This document shows, piece by piece, positions 18,422 through 28,427 of a stretch of 48,543 nt of DNA. The stretch's first letter is position 1. Every line of letters starts with the position of its first letter. The stretch comes from Nanobdellota archaeon (GTDB lineage Archaea; Nanobdellota; Nanobdellia; Woesearchaeales; GW2011-AR9). The notes beneath the pieces were generated by a model. The model was not told the origin of the DNA and ran no database searches. It worked only from the letters and a program-made list of their open reading frames with translations. Position numbers and translations under genes: made by a program. The stretch is from NCBI GenBank assembly GCA_018812355.1, contig JAHJDQ010000182.1, positions 1 through 48,543 on the forward strand, given 5' to 3'.

Positions 18422-19555
18422 CACGAAGACTTATTAAAAAAATATGAAGATCAATTACCTCCGCTTGTCTTAGATCAAATTAAAAAAGAAATTCCCGCAA
18501 CTATCTCTAAAGAGAAAATACAAGACATTCTCGAAACTACTCTAACCTTATACAACAATACAAAAGTTGATGCTGGTGAATGTGTTGGGTTGGTTAGTGC
18601 TGAAAGTATTGGTGAACCTGGAACACAAATGACCTTAAATACATTCCACTTTGCTGGAGTTGCTGAGATGAACGTTACTACAGGATTACCGAGGATTATT
18701 GAAATTTTTGATGCTCGTAAAACAATTAAAACACCTAACATGGAAATTTTTCTCACTAGCAAATATAACCAAGACATTGAGAAAGTACGTCAATTCGCAA
18801 CGAGAATTAAAGAAACAATTTTTGGTGATTTAGTTGAGGAGTATACTTTAAACATCTTTGAACAAAAATTAAAGGTCAAACTAAACAAAATTTTAGTGGA
18901 AGATTTTGGTTTTACAATTAAAGATTTGGTTCAGAAAATCAAAACAAAAACGAAAGGTTTCACAATTGAAACAAATGAAGATGAAATCATTTTTATTCAA
19001 AAGGGTAAAGCCGAAGAAATTAAAGAGTTGTACAATCTTAAAGAAAAAATTAGGACAGTAAAAGTGAAAGGCCTGAAGGGAATTGATCAAGTTTTACCAG
19101 TAAAAAGAGGCGATGAATATATGGTACTTACTTCTGGAACGAATTTGAAGGGTATTCTTGAATTTGAAGAAGTTGATAAAACTAGAACCTTCGGAAATGA
19201 CATTTATGAAATTAGAACTATTTTAGGAGTTGAAGCAGCTCGGCAAGCGATCATTAACGAAGTTTACCGAGTGATTGAATCTCAAGGATTAAATATTAAC
19301 ATTCGCCACATTATGCTTGTTGCTGATATTATGTGCGCCACTGGCGGAATTAAAGGGATCACTCGTTATGGAGTTGTCAGTGAGAAAGCCTCAGTCTTAG
19401 CCCGGGCTAGTTTCGAAACTCCAATTAGACATTTAATTAACGCTGCTCTGGAAGGAGAAGTTGACTATCTTAACTCTGTTGTTGAGAATGTTATGATTAA
19501 CCAGCCCGTTCCTTTAGGAACAGGCTTACCAGGACTAGTCACAAAAATGAAGTAG
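18416..19555 (+). CDS. rpoA2: RNA polymerase subunit A''
   Basis: SIGEPGTQMTLNTFH, GLPRIIEI, LARASFE. Confidence 0.98.
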   Translation: MKHEDLLKKYEDQLPPLVLDQIKKEIPATISKEKIQDILETTLTLYNNTKVDAGECVGLVSAESIGEPGTQMTLNTFHFAGVAEMNVTTGLPRIIEIFDARKTIKTPNMEIFLTSKYNQDIEKVRQFATRIKETIFGDLVEEYTLNIFEQKLKVKLNKILVEDFGFTIKDLVQKIKTKTKGFTIETNEDEIIFIQKGKAEEIKELYNLKEKIRTVKVKGLKGIDQVLPVKRGDEYMVLTSGTNLKGILEFEEVDKTRTFGNDIYEIRTILGVEAARQAIINEVYRVIESQGLNINIRHIMLVADIMCATGGIKGITRYGVVSEKASVLARASFETPIRHLINAALEGEVDYLNSVVENVMINQPVPLGTGLPGLVTKMK

Positions 19556-19565
19556 GGTAAAAAAA

Positions 19566-19847
19566 ATGAGTAAGAAAAAAGAAATTAAAGAAGATATTAA
19601 AGAATTGAAAGCTAAAATAATTGCTGGAAAAGGCATTATTGGCACTGATCGGGTTATCAAAGCTTTGCTAGCGAACAAGCTAAGTACTGTTTATTTGTCT
19701 AGTAATTGTCCTGAACAAAAGAGTGAAGAAATTTTCTCCAAAGCAAAATTGGCTGATGTTCTAGTAATCAAGTTAGAATTAAGTAATGAAGAGTTAGGTA
19801 TTCTCTGTAAGAAAAACTTTTTCGTTTCAGTCGTAGGAACAATCTAA
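19566..19847 (+). CDS. rpl30e: 50S ribosomal protein eL30
   Basis: IIG....K, SSNCP, ELGILCKKNF; conserved operon position. Confidence 0.92.
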   Translation: MSKKKEIKEDIKELKAKIIAGKGIIGTDRVIKALLANKLSTVYLSSNCPEQKSEEIFSKAKLADVLVIKLELSNEELGILCKKNFFVSVVGTI

Positions 19848-19848
19848 A

Positions 19849-20265
19849 TTGGCACGTCTAAAACTTGATCAGCAACTGCTAGGGATTTCTACTATCATGG
19901 AAAGGTTAAGCCGTGCTCGAGTCAAAGATTGTTTTAAATTTGAGGAAATAATTTATTTTGTTGTTGCTACCGGAGATATGGGTAAGGCTGTCGGTAAGGG
20001 CGGCGAAACCATAAAGAGAGTTCAACAACAGTTAGGGAAGAAAATTAGAGTAATCGAATTTCAGGATGATCTCACCCGTTTTATTCAAAATGTTATTTAT
20101 CCGCTAAAAGTTGAAGAAATCATTGAAGAAGATGGAGTTGTTTTTCTTAAAGATAGCAGTAAAAAAACAAAAAGTTTATTAATAGGCAGGGACGGAAAGA
20201 ACCTAACTTTACTTAATCGGGCCATAAAACGGTTCTTTAGCATCAAAGATGTCAAAGTCATTTGA
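19849..20265 (+). CDS. nusA: Archaeal NusA-like transcription factor (KH domains), TTG start
   Basis: MGKAVGKGG, LIGRDGKN; operon position. Confidence 0.93.
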   Translation: MARLKLDQQLLGISTIMERLSRARVKDCFKFEEIIYFVVATGDMGKAVGKGGETIKRVQQQLGKKIRVIEFQDDLTRFIQNVIYPLKVEEIIEEDGVVFLKDSSKKTKSLLIGRDGKNLTLLNRAIKRFFSIKDVKVI

Positions 20266-20326
20266 CATCTGGGACACCAAAAATGGTTTAGCATTTTTTA
20301 GTGTTAAAGATGTAAAAGTTGTCTAA
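20233..20326. repeat. Hairpin insert with recoded duplicate of the nusA 3' end
   Basis: 20233-20265 encodes FFSIKDVKVI*, 20294-20326 encodes [10 protein letters not shown]; hairpin AGATGTCAAA/TTTGACATCT. Confidence 0.75.
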
Positions 20327-20327
20327 A

Positions 20328-20747
20328 ATGTCCAATAAATCACGAGGATTAGGAGCAGCCAAGAAGCTGAAAAAAAGAAGGAAGAACTTCAAGTTAGTTA
20401 GTAGAACAGTGATGAAAAAGAAAGTCGATCCGTTAGCAGGAAGTTCTCAAGCTAAAGGGATTGTTTTAGAAAAAATTCAAATTGAAGCTAAACAGCCAAA
20501 CTCAGCCATGCGTAAATGTGCTCGGGTCCAATTAGTTAAAAACGGTAAACAAATCACTGCTTTTATGCCTGGTGACGGTGCTCAGAAACTTATTAATGAA
20601 CACGATGAAGTAATTATTGAATGTATTGGTGGAAAGATGGGAAGAGCGAAAGGGGACATTCCTGGAGTAAGATGGCAAGTTGTTAAAGTTAACGATCAAA
20701 GTTTAAGTGCCTTATTAGGCGGTAAATTGGAGAAAGCGAGAAGGTAA
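20328..20747 (+). CDS. rps12: 30S ribosomal protein uS12
   Basis: [23 protein letters not shown] 20328. Confidence 0.97.
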   Translation: MSNKSRGLGAAKKLKKRRKNFKLVSRTVMKKKVDPLAGSSQAKGIVLEKIQIEAKQPNSAMRKCARVQLVKNGKQITAFMPGDGAQKLINEHDEVIIECIGGKMGRAKGDIPGVRWQVVKVNDQSLSALLGGKLEKARR

Positions 20748-20755
20748 TTCTAAGG

Positions 20756-20886
20756 GGTAATGTCAAGTTAACTGTGTTAGCAAAAGCACTACCGCCAAAG
20801 GAGGCGCATTTTGTGAATGAAATGAACAAAATCTAAGGCGCCGTGCGTAGTGCTTTTGACAATTACTCACATAACTTGACATTACC
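20756..20886. mobile_element. MITE-like element E1 (131 bp)
   Basis: Perfect 15-bp TIR GGTAATGTCAAGTTA/TAACTTGACATTACC; 9-bp TSD ATTCTAAGG (20747-20755, 20887-20895). Confidence 0.9.
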
Positions 20887-20931
20887 ATTCTAAGGAAATC
20901 TTTTTATACTATAATTATATCTCTAAACTAG

Positions 20932-21525
20932 ATGATTAGTTACGGACAGGCATGGGGAGTACTCAAACCATTGGTGTTATTCATTTTTGGAATGACCATT
21001 TATGCAATATTTATTTTCAAATTCTATCTCTTTGTCGCTCGTAGAGATATTTTCAAATTAAACTTGAAACAATATAACCGTGCTAATCATTCTGGATTAA
21101 AAAAGCTTGTAGCCGCATTTTTATACATTGTTGAATATGTCTTGCTTTTTCCATTATTTATATTTATTTGGTTTTTAGTAATCACTATTTTGTTAACATT
21201 TTTATCTCGGGGACAAACTGGAACGGATCTCTTACTAGTATCAATAGCTTTAGTTGCTACAGTCAGAATTACAGCATATTATAATGAGGATTTATCTAAA
21301 GATTTAGCTAAAATGCTTCCTTTTGCTCTATTAGGTATCTTTTTAGTTGATATCTCATTTTTTTCGTTTAGTAATTCATTTAATTTATTAAAAGAAATTC
21401 CACCACATTGGGAAAGTATCATTTATTATTTAGTTTTTGTGATTGCTTTAGAGTTTATCTTAAGATTGATTCACGGTTTTGTGAGTATTTTTAAGAAAGA
21501 CAACAAAGAAGAAAAAAACAAGTAA
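20932..21525 (+). CDS. Hypothetical multi-pass membrane protein
   Basis: 197-aa hydrophobic ORF with RITAYYNEDLSKDLAKMLPF core. Confidence 0.8.
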   Translation: MISYGQAWGVLKPLVLFIFGMTIYAIFIFKFYLFVARRDIFKLNLKQYNRANHSGLKKLVAAFLYIVEYVLLFPLFIFIWFLVITILLTFLSRGQTGTDLLLVSIALVATVRITAYYNEDLSKDLAKMLPFALLGIFLVDISFFSFSNSFNLLKEIPPHWESIIYYLVFVIALEFILRLIHGFVSIFKKDNKEEKNK

Positions 21526-21561
21526 TCGTAGTAAAATAGGGGAAAAAAGTAAGAAAACTAG

Positions 21562-21701
21562 GGTGCTGTCAGATACAATGGCATGGCAGCGAGTCATAAT
21601 TGTATATTTAAAATAAATAACGCAATCTGAGCAGACGACGCAATCACTTCTTTAAATTTATCCAGACTCTAGGTGGCCATGCCAATTAACTTGACATTAC
21701 C
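21562..21701. mobile_element. MITE-like element E2 (140 bp)
   Basis: Left end GGTGCTGTCAGATAC, right end TAACTTGACATTACC (same as E1); 9-bp TSD GAAAACTAG (21553-21561, 21702-21710); inner IR TGGCATGGC/GCCATGCCA. Confidence 0.85.
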
Positions 21702-21747
21702 GAAAACTAGAAAGATTTAAATATAAACCAGCAGAATTCTATTAAAT

Positions 21748-22344
21748 ATGGAAATAAAATGTTTTAATCGTTGGAGTGCTGATCAAGTTAAAGTAGAAGA
21801 TCCAGGATTGATTAATTATATCACTCTTGAACCAAAAATTCTGCCTAAAACCGGAGCAAGATATGCTGGGAACAGATTCCATAAATCTAATGTTTTTATT
21901 GTGGAAAGACTTGCTACTAAAATGATGAACTCTGGTCATAAAAGTAAGAAACATTTCATGAGCAGTGGTCATAACACTGGTAAGAAAAATAATGCTTTAA
22001 AGATTATTGAAAAAGCTTTAGCGAAGGCCGAAATGCAGTTAAAACAAAATCCTATCGCCATTTTGGTAAAAGCAATTGAGAATGCTGCTCCTCGTGAAGA
22101 AGTTATCGCGATTGAGTATGGTGGAGCAAGATATCCTAAAGCAGTTGAAGTCGCTCCGCAACGTAGAGTAGACTTAGCCTTAAGATACATTACTCAGGGC
22201 GCTTATGCCAAGTGTTTTAATAAGAAAAAAAAGATTGAAGATGCTTTAGCTGAAGAGATTGTTGCTGCGGCTCAGTCTTTAGGAAAGAGTAATGCTATCT
22301 CTAAGAAACGTGATTTAGAACGACAAGCATCTAGTAGTAAGTAG
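21748..22344 (+). CDS. rps7: 30S ribosomal protein uS7
   Basis: IVERL, AIENAAPREE, APQRRVDLALR. Confidence 0.97.
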   Translation: MEIKCFNRWSADQVKVEDPGLINYITLEPKILPKTGARYAGNRFHKSNVFIVERLATKMMNSGHKSKKHFMSSGHNTGKKNNALKIIEKALAKAEMQLKQNPIAILVKAIENAAPREEVIAIEYGGARYPKAVEVAPQRRVDLALRYITQGAYAKCFNKKKKIEDALAEEIVAAAQSLGKSNAISKKRDLERQASSSK

Positions 22345-22453
22345 AGTTTTGTTTTCATGCGTATTTTTGATCTTTTCTTCGAGTAAAATAAGATCTTCTA
22401 AGAGCAGAATATTCAGAAAAGTTTATTAAACTGGCTGGATTTATTTTATATAA

Positions 22454-23491
22454 ATGGTCGATGTTAAAAAGGAGGGAGTTATTTTAAAACCAACTCAGTT
22501 GGCTTTTGAAAGTAAAGGCGTCTTTAACCCAGCTTGTATTCGAGAAGGTAAGTATGTCCACATGTTCTATCGAGCTTGGGATAAAAATGAGCGTTCGACG
22601 ATTGGCTATTGTAAACTTGAAGGTCCGTTAAAAGTCATTGAAAGAGCTAAGAAACCTTTTCTTTATTCAGAAGCAAGCTATGAATATAACTTAGAAGATC
22701 CCCGGATAGTTTGTCTTAATGGAACTTATTACATGACTTACATTGCTTATGATGGCAAAAACGTACGCATTGCTTACGCTACCAGTAAAGATCTGAAGAA
22801 ATTCAAAAAACATAAACCTATTTCTGCAGAAATAACTTATGATGCGGCAGAGGACCTATTCCGGGCTTGTAGTAAACAATTGAAGGAAAGATATTTCCTT
22901 TTCGAATCCTACTTTAAAGAAGAGGGAGGGAAAGATGTACTGCTCTGGGATAAAGATGCTTTTCTATTCCCAAAAAAAATAAAAGGAAAATTTGCTTTAA
23001 TCCACCGTATTCTTCCAGACATCCAGATTGCTTATTTTAACAGTTTTAAAGAATTAAATTTAAAATATTGGAAAAAATATTTACATGAGTTATCAAAGCA
23101 TGTTGTTTTAGAGTCTCGGCATTGGTACGAATCCAGAAACGTTGGTGGTGGATGTCCACCGATTGAAACTAAGCATGGCTGGCTTTTAATTTATCATGCT
23201 GTCGATGATATGGACAAGGGCAAGACTTATCGAGCCAGTGCCGCTTTACTAGATAAGAATAATCCTCAGAAAGTGCTTGCTCACCTTCACGAACCATTAT
23301 TTTCACCAGACAAAGTTTATGAAAAGAAAGGTAATATCCCTAATGTTGTCTTTCCTACGGGAGCAGTTGTTTTTGATGAAAGGTTATACATTTATTATGG
23401 GGCTGCCGATACGAGTATTGCGGTAGCTTCTTTAAATCTTCAAGAATTGTTAGATGAATTACTTAATAATCCAAAAAACAGAGGTGCATAG
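22454..23491 (+). CDS. GH130-like glycoside hydrolase/phosphorylase
   Basis: GVFNPA, EDPRI, DKDAFLFP, GWLLIYHAV, NVVFPTG, YYGAAD. Confidence 0.88.
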   Translation: MVDVKKEGVILKPTQLAFESKGVFNPACIREGKYVHMFYRAWDKNERSTIGYCKLEGPLKVIERAKKPFLYSEASYEYNLEDPRIVCLNGTYYMTYIAYDGKNVRIAYATSKDLKKFKKHKPISAEITYDAAEDLFRACSKQLKERYFLFESYFKEEGGKDVLLWDKDAFLFPKKIKGKFALIHRILPDIQIAYFNSFKELNLKYWKKYLHELSKHVVLESRHWYESRNVGGGCPPIETKHGWLLIYHAVDDMDKGKTYRASAALLDKNNPQKVLAHLHEPLFSPDKVYEKKGNIPNVVFPTGAVVFDERLYIYYGAADTSIAVASLNLQELLDELLNNPKNRGA

Positions 23492-23497
23492 TAACAA

Positions 23498-23851
23498 ATG
23501 AAACAATTTACAATCAAAAAACCATGGGGATTATTTCTGGAGTTTACACTGAATGAAAAAAGTACAGTAAAAATCTTAGAAATAGCACCGCAAGAAATGC
23601 TTTCTCTACAAAGTCATCGAAAAAGAGCGGAGTTTTGGTATGTGTTGGAAGGCAGTCCAACAATCGTTCTTAATACTAAAACAAAAAAATATCAACCGGG
23701 AGAGACGATTAAAGTTAAAACTGGGATGAAGCATAGAATCATCAACAAGACAGGCAAAAGAGTAAGAATTTTGGAAATAGCCACGGGAAATTTTGATGAA
23801 AATGATATTATCCGTTATCAAGACAAATATCAACGAATAAAAAATAAATAA
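23498..23851 (+). CDS. Cupin, mannose-6-phosphate isomerase type II C-terminal domain
   Basis: KPWG, LSLQSH...AEFW, HRI, EDDI-like ENDIIRYQD. Confidence 0.9.
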   Translation: MKQFTIKKPWGLFLEFTLNEKSTVKILEIAPQEMLSLQSHRKRAEFWYVLEGSPTIVLNTKTKKYQPGETIKVKTGMKHRIINKTGKRVRILEIATGNFDENDIIRYQDKYQRIKNK

Positions 23852-23920
23852 AATTATCATTATTAAAAAATAGCGCTTTTTTAAACCAAGTGCGAAAAGA
23901 GGGGTAAATTATTGTTTAAA

Positions 23921-26167
23921 ATGAGGCAACTTTCCGAACAGCCAGAAATATTAGTGATGGGCACATACCCGCCGAGAGAGTGTGGTATCGCTACTTTTAC
24001 CCAAGATTTAACGACAGCAATAGATGGAAAGTTTAATCATAAAATAAAAACTAATATTCTGGCGATGAATCGTAATGGAATCAATATTTATAATTATCCA
24101 AAAGAAGTTTCTTTTCAACTTGACGATTCTAACCTTCAGGAATATATTGATCTAGCTAAAAAAATTAATCGCAATAATAACATCAAACTGATTAACATCC
24201 AACATGAGTTTGGAATTTTCGGCGGTGAGTATGGGAGTTATTTGATTGCTTTTTTAGAAATCATCAAAAAACCGGTTGTGATAACTTTCCATTCAGTTCT
24301 GCCGCAACCAGATAATAATATGAAACGAGTGGTGCAGACTCTCGCCAATAAATCTGAGTGTATTGTCGTTATGGCGGAAAAAGGCCGAGAGATTCTCAAA
24401 GAAGTGTATGGAATCAAAACTCGGATTGCGGTTGTACCTCATGGAATCCCCACCGTTCCTTTTGTTGAAAGTAGTATTGAAAAAATTAAAAAAGGCTTCA
24501 AAGACAAAATTGTTCTCTCCTCATTTGGCATGATTAGCTCCGGGAAGGGTTATGAGCAAGTAATTAATGCTCTCCCAAAAGTTGTTAAAAAATTTCCAAA
24601 TTTATTATATTTAATCATTGGAGAAACTCATCCTGTCGTTAGAAAAGAAGAAGGCGAAAGTTATCGGAACTTTATCGAACAAAAAGTTAAAAAATTAAAG
24701 CTGGGAAAGAACGTCAAATTTTACAACAAGTATGTCACGTTAGAAGAGATTGTGCAGTATTTACAGGCAACTGACATCTTTATTTGTTCAAATAATAATC
24801 CTAATCAGATTACTAGCGGAACTCTAGCTTATGCAATGGGAGCAGGTAGGGCAGTTATCTCTACTCCTTTTTTACATGCTCAAGAGTTAGTCACTCCAGA
24901 CCGAGGTTTATTGGTTAAGTTTAAAAATTCAAAATCGTTTGAAAAAGCAATTCTGAAAATGTTGTTTAATCCAAAATTAAAAAGGGATATGGAAGAAAAT
25001 GCTTATGCCAATACTCGACAGATGACTTGGAATAATGTCGCTTTAGCTTATCATGACGTTTTCAAAAAACATCTTAACTTATCTAAAAATCATAATACTA
25101 AAATTCCTCCGATTAATTTGAATCATTTGAATAAGCTTACTGACGATTTTGGAATAATTCAATTTGCTAATAAAACTGAACCCAATCCTCATTCAGGTTA
25201 TACACTAGATGACACTGCCCGAGCGATGATTGTATGTAGTTTGCATTATGATTTATTTAAAGACGAAGCTGATTTGGATTTGCTTCAGAAATATATTAAT
25301 TTTAATCAATATGTTCAACAGAAAAATGGCCAACTTTACAATGTTGTAGAAGAAACTAAAAAAGTTCGTTTAGATCAGTGGAGCGATGATGCGCATGGCC
25401 GAGCGTTATGGTCATTAGGATTTTTAATTAACATTAAAAGCATTCCGGAAAATTTAAGGAAAAAAGCAGCAGGAATATTTAATAAAGCGTGCAAAGTTAA
25501 AAACATTAATTCACCGCGAGCAGTAGCTTTTTCTATCTTAGGTTTGTATTTCTATCATCAAGCCAATCCAACAATAAAAAATGTTAAAAAAATTAAAGGA
25601 TTAGCTAATTATTTGGTTGGTTTATACCACGATTGCTCTTCTGATGATTGGCAGTGGTTTGAAGAATCACTGACTTACTCAAACAGTAAACTATCTGAAG
25701 CATTATTTTATGCTTACCTCGCGACAAAGGAAAAAAAATATTTAGAGATTGCCCAATCTTCTTTAGATTTTTTAAGATCAATCACGTTTGAAGGCAACAT
25801 CTTTGCTCCCATCGGTCAGAATGGTTGGTATCTGAAAGATGGTCAGAAAGCACACTTTGATCAACAACCAGTGGATACTGCTTCGATGGTGCAAACTCTT
25901 CTTATGGCAAATCAAGTAACTAAGAAAAAAGAATATTATCATGATGCGATGAAAGTATTTTATTGGTTTTTAGGAAAGAACCATCTTAAGCAAGTTATTT
26001 ACGATGAAACTACTGGTGGTTGTTATGATGGACTGGGCGAGTTTTCAATAAACTTAAATCAAGGCGCAGAATCTACTATCTCTTATCAGCTGGCGAGACT
26101 TTCATTAGATCAACATCGAATACAAACTAAAATTAATAAAAAATGGAAAATAATCAAAAAATCTTAG
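23921..26167 (+). CDS. GT4 glycosyltransferase fused to (alpha/alpha)6 glycosidase-like domain
   Basis: TYPPRECGIATF, IQHEFGIFGG, SGTLAYA; C-terminal GYTLDD, FDQQP, NQGAEST. Confidence 0.9.
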   Translation: MRQLSEQPEILVMGTYPPRECGIATFTQDLTTAIDGKFNHKIKTNILAMNRNGINIYNYPKEVSFQLDDSNLQEYIDLAKKINRNNNIKLINIQHEFGIFGGEYGSYLIAFLEIIKKPVVITFHSVLPQPDNNMKRVVQTLANKSECIVVMAEKGREILKEVYGIKTRIAVVPHGIPTVPFVESSIEKIKKGFKDKIVLSSFGMISSGKGYEQVINALPKVVKKFPNLLYLIIGETHPVVRKEEGESYRNFIEQKVKKLKLGKNVKFYNKYVTLEEIVQYLQATDIFICSNNNPNQITSGTLAYAMGAGRAVISTPFLHAQELVTPDRGLLVKFKNSKSFEKAILKMLFNPKLKRDMEENAYANTRQMTWNNVALAYHDVFKKHLNLSKNHNTKIPPINLNHLNKLTDDFGIIQFANKTEPNPHSGYTLDDTARAMIVCSLHYDLFKDEADLDLLQKYINFNQYVQQKNGQLYNVVEETKKVRLDQWSDDAHGRALWSLGFLINIKSIPENLRKKAAGIFNKACKVKNINSPRAVAFSILGLYFYHQANPTIKNVKKIKGLANYLVGLYHDCSSDDWQWFEESLTYSNSKLSEALFYAYLATKEKKYLEIAQSSLDFLRSITFEGNIFAPIGQNGWYLKDGQKAHFDQQPVDTASMVQTLLMANQVTKKKEYYHDAMKVFYWFLGKNHLKQVIYDETTGGCYDGLGEFSINLNQGAESTISYQLARLSLDQHRIQTKINKKWKIIKKS

Positions 26168-27270
26168 AAGAAGGTTATCAAAAAGCGATTGTCGTAATTA
26201 AAGCCTGTTCTACAAAGCACGGTTTGTATGCTTCTGCCGGAGTAGACGGATATAACGCAGTATGGGCAAGAGATAGTATGATCAGCTTAATTGGAGCGAG
26301 TGTAGTTGAAAATAAAATAATTAAACCAGCATTTAAAACAACGTTTCAGCAAAGCCTAATTACGTTAGGAAAACACCAAAGTAAGCATGGACAGATTCCT
26401 AATGCGGTTGACAAATGGAGTAAGAGAAAACCGCATGTTGATTATGCTTCGATTGATTCTAGTTTATGGTATTTTATTGGTCATCAGATTTATAAGAAGA
26501 GATATAACGACAGTTCTTTGTTTAAAAAACAGAAAAAATATATTGAAAAAACATTACAATGGTTAGATTGCCAGGACGGCGGAGAAGATGAGACGTTATT
26601 ACAACTTCCTACAACAGACTGGCAGGATGCCTTTCCCCATAAGTATGGCCGGACGATCAATACGCAAGCTTTATATTATCACGTTTTACAATTAGCAGGA
26701 AGAAAAAAAGATGCTCAGAAATTAAAGAATGTGATTGAGCAACAGCAAGATAAAAAATTATGGAACGGAAATTATTATTCTGCTTGGCGCTGGAAAAATC
26801 ATGGAAAATTTAAGGAAAGAGGAGAATGGTTTGATACTTTAGGTAATTTATTAGCAATTGTCTTTGGTTTAGCGGATCAAGCAAAGGCTAAGAAAATTAT
26901 TGCTTACATCGAAAGAAAGAAAATTAATCTACCGGTTCCAGTAAAAGCAATTTATCCGCCGATTAAAAAAAATACAAAAGAGTGGCAGGATTATTTTGCC
27001 GATTGTGATGCCCGTGAACCAAATCATTATCTCAATGGAGGAATCTGGACTTTTATCGGAGGATTTTATGTGCTTAGTTTAATCAAATTGAAAAAATTTA
27101 CCAAAGCAAAAGTGGAATTAGTTAAGATTGCGCAAGCTAATCTAGCAGGTAATTTCCCAGAATGGATTGATCCTGTAACTAAAGAAGCTTTTGGAAAGTT
27201 ACAAGCCTGGGATGCAGGAATGTATCTTCTCGCTTATCAATCTTTAAAAAAGAAGAAAGTTTTGTTGTAA
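26143..27270 (+). CDS. GH100 invertase-like / glycogen-debranching-type six-hairpin glycosidase
   Basis: VWARDS, IDSSLW, DWQD, YLNGGIW, FPEW, QAWDAG. Confidence 0.8.
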   Translation: MENNQKILEEGYQKAIVVIKACSTKHGLYASAGVDGYNAVWARDSMISLIGASVVENKIIKPAFKTTFQQSLITLGKHQSKHGQIPNAVDKWSKRKPHVDYASIDSSLWYFIGHQIYKKRYNDSSLFKKQKKYIEKTLQWLDCQDGGEDETLLQLPTTDWQDAFPHKYGRTINTQALYYHVLQLAGRKKDAQKLKNVIEQQQDKKLWNGNYYSAWRWKNHGKFKERGEWFDTLGNLLAIVFGLADQAKAKKIIAYIERKKINLPVPVKAIYPPIKKNTKEWQDYFADCDAREPNHYLNGGIWTFIGGFYVLSLIKLKKFTKAKVELVKIAQANLAGNFPEWIDPVTKEAFGKLQAWDAGMYLLAYQSLKKKKVLL

Positions 27271-27278
27271 ATTTAATT

Positions 27279-28418
27279 TCACTCTAAATGCAATTTATTT
27301 TTAGTAATATCGACAATTCTCTTAGAAATATCGCGATAATCAAAATTCTGTACAGCATGAATCCTAGCTTGTTCTCCCATCCGTCGACATAATTCAGGAT
27401 CAGTTAATAATTTTAAAGTATATTCTTTTAATTCATCAACATCGGCGCGATAAGCAAAAGTTTTGGGAGAATCAAATGGTATTATTTTCTTAGTTCTGAA
27501 ACCCATTGAAGGATAAGCCCATTCTTGATCTAGTTTGACTTCTTTAGCAACTTTAGCTAAGAAACCGGTTTTCTGATGCAGAATCGTCTCGCCCGGACCC
27601 ATTTTATTGATCGAAATAACTGGTTTTCCACAAGCCATCGCTTCAACTTGAATCATGCCATAACCTTCTATTCTGGAAGGAGCAGCGTAAATATCTGCTG
27701 CATTCAAAAGATGAACCATAAATTCTTGACTGAACTCATCATTTAAGAAAATTACTTTATCGATAATTCCTAAACTTTCCGCTAATTCTATTTCACGTTC
27801 GCGCCATTCATTGGCACATTCACTGGGCCAGGATTTACAAACATATTTCCAATCTTTAAACTCTTTATCAACCTCAGCTAAGGCATATAACATTTCTTGC
27901 GCGCCTTTTGAAGTTGTATCTCCGCCAATAGTAAGAATCATTTTATCGCCGTTTTTAATCCTTAACATTCTTTTAATATATTTAGTATAATCTGGATTAT
28001 TGGTCGGTTTAAACTGTTGCGTATCTATTCCAATATGCATCGGAATAATCTTGCTGATATTAACGCCGTCTCGCTTATAGGTTTGTCTGACCCATTCACT
28101 GGTTGTAAACATCAACTCAAGCTTATCAAATTCTTCTTGATAGTTAGCAACCCACCCATCAGAATTAAACCAAGGTACAGGGGTAATGCCGTATCTAAAC
28201 GGTGCTTTAACAATCTCAGGAACATTCCCCCAAAAGCCTACCCCAAACGCAACATCTGGTTTATAATGTTTTAAAACAAATCTTTTTTCAATACTTTCTT
28301 GAAAATGACAGGATAAAGCTTCATTTCCTGTTTTCAATATTCCTTTGTAAAGTAAATGTCCTTGTAAACTAGTTCCATCATTCTCTGGGGGATAAGCATA
28401 AAATACAACACTTTTCAT
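27279..28418 (-). CDS. GT4 glycosyltransferase
   Basis: PSRIEGYGMIQVEAMACGKPVI. Confidence 0.92.
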   Translation of the reverse strand: MKSVVFYAYPPENDGTSLQGHLLYKGILKTGNEALSCHFQESIEKRFVLKHYKPDVAFGVGFWGNVPEIVKAPFRYGITPVPWFNSDGWVANYQEEFDKLELMFTTSEWVRQTYKRDGVNISKIIPMHIGIDTQQFKPTNNPDYTKYIKRMLRIKNGDKMILTIGGDTTSKGAQEMLYALAEVDKEFKDWKYVCKSWPSECANEWREREIELAESLGIIDKVIFLNDEFSQEFMVHLLNAADIYAAPSRIEGYGMIQVEAMACGKPVISINKMGPGETILHQKTGFLAKVAKEVKLDQEWAYPSMGFRTKKIIPFDSPKTFAYRADVDELKEYTLKLLTDPELCRRMGEQARIHAVQNFDYRDISKRIVDITKNKLHLE

Positions 28419-28427
28419 TTGCTAAGA

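Noticed and set aside
12395..19555. Inteins in RNA polymerase subunits
   Set aside because: Lengths are normal and no intein motifs were seen
20756..21701. E1-gene-E2 having inserted as one composite transposon
   Set aside because: Outer flanks differ; each MITE has its own separate TSD
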